This document shows, piece by piece, positions 10,380 to 17,384 of a stretch of 41,898 bases of DNA. The notes under the pieces are model-generated. The model did no database searches and had not been told where the DNA came from. It saw nothing but the letters and a program-made list of their open reading frames with translations. The stretch is from a virus (lineage: Duplodnaviria; Caudoviricetes), in the IMG/VR virus record IMGVR_UViG_3300025120_000150, positions 1 to 41,898 of that record; one strand, 5' to 3'. The translations under genes and the position numbers were made by a program. Numbering within the stretch: the first letter of the stretch is position 1; every line of letters begins with the position of its first letter.

Positions 10380-11406
10380 TTCCATAGGATCAGTTACAGA
10401 ACTTAACGGCACAGCACGAATAGAAAGAGATCAATCTTATGATGCGTCTCTTGATTTTAATGTTGAGCAACTCGATTTTGTAAAAACTGCTGCGGGTAGA
10501 CTCAAAATTACTTTTCTTGATGATTCTAAAGTTTCTTTAACAGAGCATTCAAAATTAAAGATTACGGAATATATTTTTGATCCTGATCCAAAAAAATCAA
10601 AATTAGCTTTACGCTTCACACAAGGCACAGCTAGATTCGTAACATCTAAACTAGGCAAGATAGCTAAACAAAATATTCAGCTCTCTACAGACACGGCAAA
10701 CATTGCAATAAAAGGCACAGATTTTACCTGCACAGTTGATGAACTGGGTCGCTCTTTAATTATTCTTTTACCAGATAAATTAGGTTTATCTAGCGGTGAA
10801 ATAGAAGTATCAACTGGTATGGGAACAGTTGTTTTAAATAAACCATTCCAGGCTACAACAGTTTCAGCTTTTGAAAACATGCCATCTAGTCCTGTAGTTT
10901 TAGATCTGTCTTTGGAGTTAATAGACAACATGTTAATAGTCTCAGAACCAAAAGAAGATAAAGATCAAATAGAGCAAACTGAATCAACAACTGCAAATGT
11001 ATTTTTAGATTTTAATGAATTAGATATAGATTATTTAGCAGAAGACCTGTTAGAAAATAATGATCTTGAGTTTACTGAATTAGATATAGATCTATTACAG
11101 GTTAATTTTTTAGAAGATATGTTAAACGTGCTTGATGCTTTAGCTATAAAGAAAGAAGAAGATCAATTGGGTTTAGCTACAGGCATTAAAATTGTTGGTA
11201 CTGATATAGGGCAAGACAAAGATACGCAGATTACTACGATTATACAGGGTCAGAATATAAGCATTAGACGTAACGTAGGTAATGCACTGAGATTAGACCT
11301 AGACGGATCTTCTGGTTACACATTAGTCATAATACAAAATGGTGTTTCTAAAGTAGTCACTATCAATGGTGGTGGCAGTTCTACAATCAACATAACTCAA
11401 CAATGA
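10327..11406 (+). CDS. FecR-domain periplasmic protein with acidic linker and beta-rich C-terminus
   Basis: IGSVTELNG..VKTAAGRLKITFLDDSKVSLTEHSKL..TANIAIKGTDF..GEIEV FecR-like pattern after a signal-like N-terminus; start uncertain (10294 or 10327). Confidence 0.85.
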   Translation: MGSCVLISLMPQQVLCADSIGSVTELNGTARIERDQSYDASLDFNVEQLDFVKTAAGRLKITFLDDSKVSLTEHSKLKITEYIFDPDPKKSKLALRFTQGTARFVTSKLGKIAKQNIQLSTDTANIAIKGTDFTCTVDELGRSLIILLPDKLGLSSGEIEVSTGMGTVVLNKPFQATTVSAFENMPSSPVVLDLSLELIDNMLIVSEPKEDKDQIEQTESTTANVFLDFNELDIDYLAEDLLENNDLEFTELDIDLLQVNFLEDMLNVLDALAIKKEEDQLGLATGIKIVGTDIGQDKDTQITTIIQGQNISIRRNVGNALRLDLDGSSGYTLVIIQNGVSKVVTINGGGSSTINITQQ

Positions 11407-13169
11407 TTAAAGCATTTCAATGGCTATGCCTCGCAGCTTTATTGTCTTTACCTTTATTGTTTCAATTTAGTTTTACAGAGATATTAAAACTTAAAACTTT
11501 TGATAGGTTTGCACCCGTGCATGAGCCTTCAGGTTACTTCACCATATTAAATATAACTGAAGAGGATGTTGTGCGCGAAGGTGGATACCCTATTCCCAGA
11601 TACCGGTTGGCAGAAATACACAGAGAAATATTAGAGGCTGGTGGTTTGGGTGTAGGCTATGGAATAACTTTTAGTGAACCAGATCGTATGGGTGGTGATA
11701 AAGTTTTTTCAGAAATTTTGCGCCTCAGTCCAAGCGTTCTTTCTATGTTTGAACACAATAACTATAAGTATCCAGATACTACTGGTGTGGTGTTGCTTGG
11801 TGATGATGTGGGAGGCATGACTGTAAAGGGAGTAACAGAAAATATAGATCTACTTAAACAAAGTGCTTCACAGGGATTGGCTTCAGCTCCTATTGATGTA
11901 GATGGACTTGTCAGGCGTATTCCCTTATTAATGAGAACTGAAGGCGGATGGACGAGCTCATTTGCCTTGGAAATTCTTAAGATTATGGCAGGGGCGGATA
12001 GCTATATAATAAAGACTAATCAAAATGGATTACAGGAAGTTGTAGCACAAGGGCTACCACCTGCGAAAGTAGATAGTTTAGGTCGTAAATTTATATCTTG
12101 GGTAGATACTAAACAAACAACATTAGAAGAATTAGATGTTGCTGAAACATTTGTAATTTTAGGAGTAACGGCTAATGGGGTAATGCCCCAGATCTCTACT
12201 CCAGTAGGTTTATTAGAACCTCATAAAGTACAGGCGGCCTTAGCTGAATCTATCTTGATTGATACTCCATACATTCCTGATTACAGTCTGTCAGCAGAAC
12301 TATCTATATTAATAGTCACAACAGGTCTAATTTGGTTTCTATTGAACGTATTAGGTATTACTACTGGAATTATATCGGCAGGAATTATTATCGTTCTAAC
12401 AGCGTATATGGGACGTTACATGATCCTTGAAGGTATTCTCATTGATGTAACCTGGACACTGATATCTCAGATCCTTACATCAGGCACAGCTTTCTATTTA
12501 AATTTTAGAACACAGTTCAAATTAAGACGACAAATCAAAGAACAATTTGGTAAGTATCTTGATAAAAGGATGATAAAGAAACTACAAGATAATCCAGAGC
12601 TTTGTCAGGTCAATGGCAAGCGTGTTGACTGTTCAATAATTTTTACAGATTTGAGAGGTTTTACAAATTTATCAACTCAAGTAGAGCCTGAAATGGTCAC
12701 ATATATAATGAACTCTGTATTAGATGCACAAGTAGATGCTGTAAATCAATATGCTGGAGTTACTGATAAATTCATAGGTGATGCGGGGATGTACCATTGG
12801 AATACAATCATTCCCCAAGAAGATCATCACAACTTAGCGTTAAAGGCTGCTTTGCAGATGCAAGAAAATTTGAAAGAACTAAACAAGAAGTTTATTAAAG
12901 AAGGCATACCTGAAGTTGCTTGTGGCGTTGGTGTGAACAGTGGAATTTGTAATGCTGGAAACTTTGGAAGTCGTAATAGATTCGCATTCTCTCTCATAGG
13001 AACACCATGTAATATTGCTGCAAGGTTAGAAAGTAGTACAAAAACTCTTGGCGTAAGTTGTCTTATTGGCGAAGAAACTGCCAAACATTCAAAGATACCT
13101 CTCAAATTATTAGAACCTTTATTAGTTAAAGGTATTGAAGAACCTCTTAAAGTATTTACTTGGGGTTAA
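11403..13169 (+). CDS. CHASE2-domain membrane class III adenylate/guanylate cyclase
   Basis: N-terminal TM, CHASE2 motifs (FSEPDR, DVDGLVRRIPL), three TM helices, cyclase motifs IIFTDLRGFT, DKFIGDA, GVGVNSG, GNFGS, NIAARLES, VKG. Confidence 0.93.
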   Translation: MIKAFQWLCLAALLSLPLLFQFSFTEILKLKTFDRFAPVHEPSGYFTILNITEEDVVREGGYPIPRYRLAEIHREILEAGGLGVGYGITFSEPDRMGGDKVFSEILRLSPSVLSMFEHNNYKYPDTTGVVLLGDDVGGMTVKGVTENIDLLKQSASQGLASAPIDVDGLVRRIPLLMRTEGGWTSSFALEILKIMAGADSYIIKTNQNGLQEVVAQGLPPAKVDSLGRKFISWVDTKQTTLEELDVAETFVILGVTANGVMPQISTPVGLLEPHKVQAALAESILIDTPYIPDYSLSAELSILIVTTGLIWFLLNVLGITTGIISAGIIIVLTAYMGRYMILEGILIDVTWTLISQILTSGTAFYLNFRTQFKLRRQIKEQFGKYLDKRMIKKLQDNPELCQVNGKRVDCSIIFTDLRGFTNLSTQVEPEMVTYIMNSVLDAQVDAVNQYAGVTDKFIGDAGMYHWNTIIPQEDHHNLALKAALQMQENLKELNKKFIKEGIPEVACGVGVNSGICNAGNFGSRNRFAFSLIGTPCNIAARLESSTKTLGVSCLIGEETAKHSKIPLKLLEPLLVKGIEEPLKVFTWG

Positions 13170-13268
13170 TTAAATAGCAAATTTTGCAGAACTAATTGCT
13201 ATTAAAAAAGCTGGACTGAAAAGGACTGAAGAAATAATTACAAAAAAAACAAAGTCAGGACGGTACAC
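13170..13268 (-). CDS. Putative 32-aa hydrophobic membrane peptide (not in ORF track)
   Basis: GTG start, MYRPDFVFFVIISSVLFSPAFLIAISSAKFAI, AGGAG RBS 5 nt upstream; stop abuts the cyclase stop. Confidence 0.55.
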   Translation of the reverse strand: MYRPDFVFFVIISSVLFSPAFLIAISSAKFAI

Positions 13269-13306
13269 ATTCTCTCCTATATTAAGGGTTATTTAAAATC
13301 GGCTGG

Positions 13307-13335
13307 AAGATACAACATTAATTAAATCAATACAA
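13307..13335 (-). promoter_or_regulatory. Candidate sigma70 promoter for the 32-aa peptide gene
   Basis: Minus strand TTGTAT-N17-TATCTT; AT-rich DNA gives such matches by chance. Confidence 0.35.
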
Positions 13336-13352
13336 GAATATAAACAGAATAT

Positions 13353-13433
13353 ATGTCTGAAGAAGAAAGAATTTTAATTTTTATACACGGAATGATTATT
13401 CCGATGATGTTTCTAGTTATCTTTTTATTTTAG
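13353..13433 (+). CDS. Possible 26-aa hydrophobic peptide
   Basis: MSEEERILIFIHGMIIPMMFLVIFLF; no clear RBS. Confidence 0.3.
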   Translation: MSEEERILIFIHGMIIPMMFLVIFLF

Positions 13434-13685
13434 TATAGCACTTTGTATAGCACTCTTATGCACCATAAAACGGACTTAATCGGTTTAAACCTTTTTAATC
13501 GGTGAAACGGGATTTGGCTTAAAAGCCTTTAAATCAAAGGAAAACCAGCTGGGAAGCTGGTGGGTCTGGTAAGACTTGAACTTACGACCTCACCCTTATC
13601 AGGGGTGCTATTGTTTAACAAAAATCCTTATTACAGATAACTTTCACAGCATCACATTTACAGGTATAGCACTATTTATAGCACT
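13433..13685. mobile_element. attP region: tRNA-derived core flanked by integrase arm-type direct repeats
   Basis: GTATAGCACT at 13433-13442, 13445-13454 and 13664-13673, and TTATAGCACT at 13676-13685 (12-bp period on both arms); TTAATCGGT at 13476-13484 and 13495-13503; immediately 3' of int. Confidence 0.88.
13558..13608 (-). pseudogene. 3' part of tRNA-Ile(GAT), attP core; not a complete tRNA
   Basis: Minus strand GCACCCCTGATAAGGGTGAGGTCGTAAGTTCAAGTCTTACCAGACCCACCA: anticodon arm CACCC-CT-GAT-AA-GGGTG, T arm GTAAG-TTCAAGT-CTTAC, 3' acceptor strand plus CCA. No D arm or 5' acceptor strand upstream. Confidence 0.92.
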
Positions 13686-14681
13686 TTAATGCAACAACTC
13701 TGCATATTCGCGTAATTTTGCGTCCCTTGCTTTAGTGTATCTACGGGTTGTTGATTGTGTTTTGTGTCTTAACATTTCTGCTATATAAGACTCACTTACT
13801 TCTTGTTCAGCTAAAGTCGCACCAACATGATGTCTTAGGTCGTGAATTTTTAAATCTTTTATATTTGCTTTTTGTAAAGCACTAGCCCATGCTTTTTTAA
13901 AATCACCTAATCCGCCTGTAAGTTTGCTTTTGCCTGCAAAGACTAAATTTTTATGATTGCCTTTATTTCTTTTTAAAATTTGAATAGCTTTATTGTTAAG
14001 GGGTATGTATGCAAACTCTTCATTCTTGTGTTCATCCTCTTTGAATCTAATTCTTTTTTTGTTCAAATCTATTTGATCCCAGGTAAGATTTACTAATTCT
14101 GATTTACGCAATCCTGTCATAAGATAAAAGTTTATTGGGTCTACTAGATATTGCGGTAAAGATTTTTCTAACTTTATTCTTTCTTCTTCTTTTAAGTCTC
14201 TATGTCTTTCCACATCCTTACCTAATTTTTCTACAATAGGAAGTTTTTCTAACCAGCCTATTTTGTGAGCTTGATTGAGTATAGATTTTAATTGATTAAA
14301 GTCTCTGTCTATACTTTGCTTAGCCTTGCCATTTACTATTTGTTCTTGTTGTAATCTCCAGACAAGATCAGTATCTATATTAGTAAGTTTTTTTCCTTCA
14401 AGTCTTTTATTAAACCATCTAAGTCTTATTAACTCATTTTTGGCTGTTACATCTTTAGCGCCTAACCACCTGTCTCTAGCGTCTTCCCAAAACTTTCCTT
14501 TAAATTTATTAGGATTTTTTATTTCGTTGGATATTTGCGTCTTTTTTATTAAAGCAATTTTGTAAGCTTCACGTTGGTTAGTGGTTTCTGTTGAACCTGA
14601 ATATACCTTGTTATTTATTCTGAACCGATAATACCAATAAGGTGATTTAGGTACTTTAATTATGTATTTATATTTACGCAT
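13686..14681 (-). CDS. int: Tyrosine integrase
   Basis: TGLRKSEL, KIHDLRHH, LRH, TRRY catalytic motifs; N-terminal arm-binding strand WYYRFRINNK; adjacent attP. Confidence 0.95.
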   Translation of the reverse strand: MRKYKYIIKVPKSPYWYYRFRINNKVYSGSTETTNQREAYKIALIKKTQISNEIKNPNKFKGKFWEDARDRWLGAKDVTAKNELIRLRWFNKRLEGKKLTNIDTDLVWRLQQEQIVNGKAKQSIDRDFNQLKSILNQAHKIGWLEKLPIVEKLGKDVERHRDLKEEERIKLEKSLPQYLVDPINFYLMTGLRKSELVNLTWDQIDLNKKRIRFKEDEHKNEEFAYIPLNNKAIQILKRNKGNHKNLVFAGKSKLTGGLGDFKKAWASALQKANIKDLKIHDLRHHVGATLAEQEVSESYIAEMLRHKTQSTTRRYTKARDAKLREYAELLH

Positions 14682-14683
14682 TA

Positions 14684-14720
14684 GCTACAGCTGTAGCCTA
14701 CGTTTACAACTAGAGGCTAC
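14684..14720. promoter_or_regulatory. Palindrome / alternative hairpins over the int translation initiation region
   Basis: Perfect 14-bp palindrome GCTACAGCTGTAGC (14684-14697); overlapping inverted pair GTAGCCT (14693-14699) / AGGCTAC (14714-14720). Confidence 0.5.
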
Positions 14721-14899
14721 TAACGTATAGAAGTTTCTCTTTTTTCTGTGAACTTTTCAAGTGAAGAGGGTTTAAAACGTATGATACGTTCTGATATTTG
14801 TATGTAAGGTAATTCATCGGACTTAGCTAATAATCTAACTACGTCTACTGAAACTCCTAATACTTTTGCTGTTTCTTTTGGTGTTAATAGTTGTTCCAT
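14720..14899 (-). CDS. xis: Excisionase (HTH_17 / MerR-like), 59 aa (not in ORF track)
   Basis: MEQLLTPKETAKVLGVSVDVVRLLAKSDELPYIQISERIIRFKPSSLEKF..., directly upstream of int. Confidence 0.85.
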   Translation of the reverse strand: MEQLLTPKETAKVLGVSVDVVRLLAKSDELPYIQISERIIRFKPSSLEKFTEKRETSIR

Positions 14900-14914
14900 A
14901 ATAATAAGATAGTT

Positions 14915-14942
14915 GTAAGTCCCTGAGCGACTAAGGACTTAC
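14915..14942 (-). promoter_or_regulatory. Stem-loop in the xis leader
   Basis: GTAAGTCC (14915-14922) / GGACTTAC (14935-14942) inverted repeat, 15 nt upstream of the xis ATG. Confidence 0.5.
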
Positions 14943-14985
14943 TTTAGTGAGTAATTTAATTCTAATTGGAGAATTCACAAGGCGA

Positions 14986-15429
14986 CTATCTCAACTGCCT
15001 GTTAAACAATGCTGCTATATGACTTAATTGTCTTTTTTTGTCTTTAACGTCTTTTATTGTAGTTATTTTTCTTTTAACTTCAGCGTCTTTAAATTGAACG
15101 GGCTTGTAACCTAAACTACAAACTCTCATTACTATATTTTTTTGAACTAAAGATTCTAATTGATACCAATGATTTTTTTCATCTTCTGTAATTCCACAGG
15201 TTTTACAGACTGGTTTAGTAAAAGTTTCTATAGCCGCTGAAGTTCTTGCACAATCGGGGTCGTTTGGATCAATCCAGCAACTCATATTGTCACAAGGTCG
15301 GGCTGTTAGTTTCTCACTAGGATTCCACTTGGAGGTAGAACGGCAGTAATCACTGCCTTCTGACTCATATAAAGGATGGAGAGGTATCCCGTTGATATAT
15401 GAAGTTAGTCGTTTTTTCCCATGATCCAT
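14986..15429 (-). CDS. Cys-rich protein resembling DUF1289 (putative metal or Fe-S binding)
   Basis: PC...C..VCKTCGITEDEKNHWYQL pattern resembles the DUF1289 C-x-x-C-x-R-T-x-x-E-x-x-x-W motif. Confidence 0.5.
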   Translation of the reverse strand: MDHGKKRLTSYINGIPLHPLYESEGSDYCRSTSKWNPSEKLTARPCDNMSCWIDPNDPDCARTSAAIETFTKPVCKTCGITEDEKNHWYQLESLVQKNIVMRVCSLGYKPVQFKDAEVKRKITTIKDVKDKKRQLSHIAALFNRQLR

Positions 15430-15444
15430 AACAGCCCCCTGATT

Positions 15445-15777
15445 TTATTCTTTTTCTACAACAATTTCGGCATCATCCACTACCCCTACTTCATCTTGCA
15501 AACCGCTTGGTGCTTCTGCTTCTTGAGGTTTAGGAATGGTAAATCCAGTCTGTGGTAATGCATTATTGAGTTCTTGTGCATTGGCCTCTAATCCTTGTAA
15601 AATTAATCTAAGTACTTCATTGCATGTATTTCTTATTTGATTGTTCTGCACATCCCTAATAATTAATCTTTTAGCATCATCTGAAAGAATGTTTGTTGGA
15701 TACAATCTAGGCTCACCGCCTATTGTTAATGTAATTTCTTCTATTATGTTTCCATTTTGGTCTTGTAAATCTGTCAT
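15445..15777 (-). CDS. Hypothetical protein
   Basis: 110-aa ORF with AAGGA RBS in the leftward operon. Confidence 0.75.
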   Translation of the reverse strand: MTDLQDQNGNIIEEITLTIGGEPRLYPTNILSDDAKRLIIRDVQNNQIRNTCNEVLRLILQGLEANAQELNNALPQTGFTIPKPQEAEAPSGLQDEVGVVDDAEIVVEKE

Positions 15778-15789
15778 TTTTTTCCTTTT

Positions 15790-16131
15790 TTATAATAAAT
15801 CATCCCTATGGATTCTTACTTCCATAGGAGCTTCAAATTCAAGATCTACGACTTCGTGATTAATGCCTTTGACCTTTTCTTTGTAAGTTTCTTTACACCT
15901 TATAAAAGTATCACCTAATTTTGTTTCTTCGCCTTCTTCTAAATTAAGTTCAACGTAATCGACGTAATTAACTTGTTTGGTTAATACTTCTAGTTCAGCA
16001 GTTCTTTTTTTAAGATCAACTTTTTGTACTCTAATCTTATGATCAAAAGTATTTTTTAAATTGTCTTTATCAAGGGTAGTACCCAAAAAAATTACCTCAT
16101 CCTTGCTTCGTCTGATTGTTAATCCTGGCAT
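15790..16131 (-). CDS. CsrA-like (carbon storage regulator) protein, apparently a tandem duplication
   Basis: N-terminal LTIRRSKDEVIFLG and C-terminal VDLEFEAPMEVRIHRDDL match CsrA LILTRRxGExLxIG / VRIGxxAPxEVxVHREE; internal LNLEEGEETKLGD is a second beta1-beta2-like unit; GGAGG RBS. Confidence 0.65.
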   Translation of the reverse strand: MPGLTIRRSKDEVIFLGTTLDKDNLKNTFDHKIRVQKVDLKKRTAELEVLTKQVNYVDYVELNLEEGEETKLGDTFIRCKETYKEKVKGINHEVVDLEFEAPMEVRIHRDDLL

Positions 16132-16404
16132 CTAGCCTCCAAATGGATCGTTTATATCAGCAGTCGGTGAAGGAGGAGTTTGACTCTTAGGTTTCCAATT
16201 ATTAACTTCGGCATAAGGTTTTCCGCCCTTACTGTTTTTAAATTGAATGTTTAGATAAGCGTCACCATTAGCCTGTGACTCTTGTGCTTTCTGTTGTATC
16301 CAAGGTAAAAATTCTTCTAATTTGAAACCAAACTCAGCAAGAATAAAATCTTGCTTGGGTGTGCTTACATATATTCCTTGTGCAAACTCTTTATCGTTTT
16401 CCAT
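16132..16404 (-). CDS. Putative single-stranded DNA-binding protein
   Basis: Small beta-rich protein (NIQFKNSKGGKPYAEVNNWKP) with Pro-rich linker and acidic D..DPF tail, downstream of ERF/exonuclease. Confidence 0.55.
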   Translation of the reverse strand: MENDKEFAQGIYVSTPKQDFILAEFGFKLEEFLPWIQQKAQESQANGDAYLNIQFKNSKGGKPYAEVNNWKPKSQTPPSPTADINDPFGG

Positions 16405-16413
16405 ATTTATTTC

Positions 16414-17382
16414 CTATTTTTTTGAGGGAGGTGAAAAGACTAATGATTCACTTCCTTTATTTCTAAAATCCTCGACATTAGCCCCAGCAGATTCAATTAA
16501 TTGATATATGTCTGCTTGGTATTTTTTGACGATGGCACTATTATTGATAGATCCAGCAGTTACCTTTTTATATAAACGATAACCAACTGAGTTAGCAATT
16601 CCGTGATAGGGTTTATCTTCTAAATATTCCCTATAAAGTTCTTTTTTTAATTCATCTGATTCAGACTTAAATTCATCCATAAAATTTTTAAGTTCTATTA
16701 ATCTACCAATCCTTTGATCTTCTGTTGTTATGTCTTTACCAACTCTGAATTTTTCTCTTTCTTCTTCATCATTCACAATGTTGTCGTATAGATCTTTAAA
16801 ACTTTGTAACTTTATAAAATGTTCAGACCAAAATTCTTCATTGCGTGCAATTTTTTGATACCTTATCTCTCCATTCACATACTCTATAAATTCGCATGCT
16901 CCTAAATTACAAACTTGCATAAAGTGTTGAATCTGTCCGTAATATGCTTTCTTTACTTGAAATAAATTAATCGTTTTATCAGGTAAAAGCGTAAATTTTC
17001 TTGGACATTTAATTTCTATACCTAAGCGATTTCCATCTTCGTCAATAACAATTCCATCAGGAGAAGCTCCCAACCAGTCGTATTCATCATGCAAATGAAA
17101 ATACAAAGAATTCTCTTCCATTGTGTGTCCAGTCTCATCTAAATATGCAAACCGAGCTGTATCTTCAAAGTCAGTTCCCCTTTGTACATCAGGATTGTTT
17201 TTTAACCTTTCTTGTAATTCAGAGGGTGCGCCAATAAAAGATCTTATTTCTTCTCTGAGTAAGTCTCTTTCGGCTGATTTACCATATGCAATTTGTCCAG
17301 ACTTAGAAGCAGTAATAATACCTTTTCTTTGCTCTAGCCATAAATCTGTTCCTTGTTCGTGCCTATCTTGTATTCTTCCCAT
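16414..17382 (-). CDS. YqaJ / lambda-exonuclease family recombination nuclease
   Basis: QGTDLWLEQRKGIITAS, RGTDFEDTAR, WLGASPDG, IEIKCP, YYGQIQHFM. Confidence 0.93.
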   Translation of the reverse strand: MGRIQDRHEQGTDLWLEQRKGIITASKSGQIAYGKSAERDLLREEIRSFIGAPSELQERLKNNPDVQRGTDFEDTARFAYLDETGHTMEENSLYFHLHDEYDWLGASPDGIVIDEDGNRLGIEIKCPRKFTLLPDKTINLFQVKKAYYGQIQHFMQVCNLGACEFIEYVNGEIRYQKIARNEEFWSEHFIKLQSFKDLYDNIVNDEEEREKFRVGKDITTEDQRIGRLIELKNFMDEFKSESDELKKELYREYLEDKPYHGIANSVGYRLYKKVTAGSINNSAIVKKYQADIYQLIESAGANVEDFRNKGSESLVFSPPSKK

Positions 17383-17384
17383 GA

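Noticed and set aside
10327-11406. Canonical FecI/FecR/FecA iron-uptake system
   Set aside because: No ECF sigma factor or TonB-dependent receptor in the window.
8443-13169. Host chromosomal DNA flanking a prophage
   Set aside because: The cassette is coupled to phage late genes on its left, and both att arms plus only a partial tRNA are present, so it lies inside the phage.
11403-13169. Pycsar or CBASS defence system
   Set aside because: The cyclase is a CHASE2 membrane receptor type with an ATP-specifying Lys; no cNMP-binding TIR/TM effector gene is adjacent.
13558-13640. Complete phage-encoded tRNA-Ile gene
   Set aside because: Similarity stops just 5' of the anticodon stem; no D arm or 5' acceptor strand. 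It is an att core.
13433-13685. CRISPR-like or mini-array from TATAGCACT repeats
   Set aside because: The repeats are 10 bp in tandem pairs with no unique ~30-bp spacers; the geometry fits integrase arm sites.
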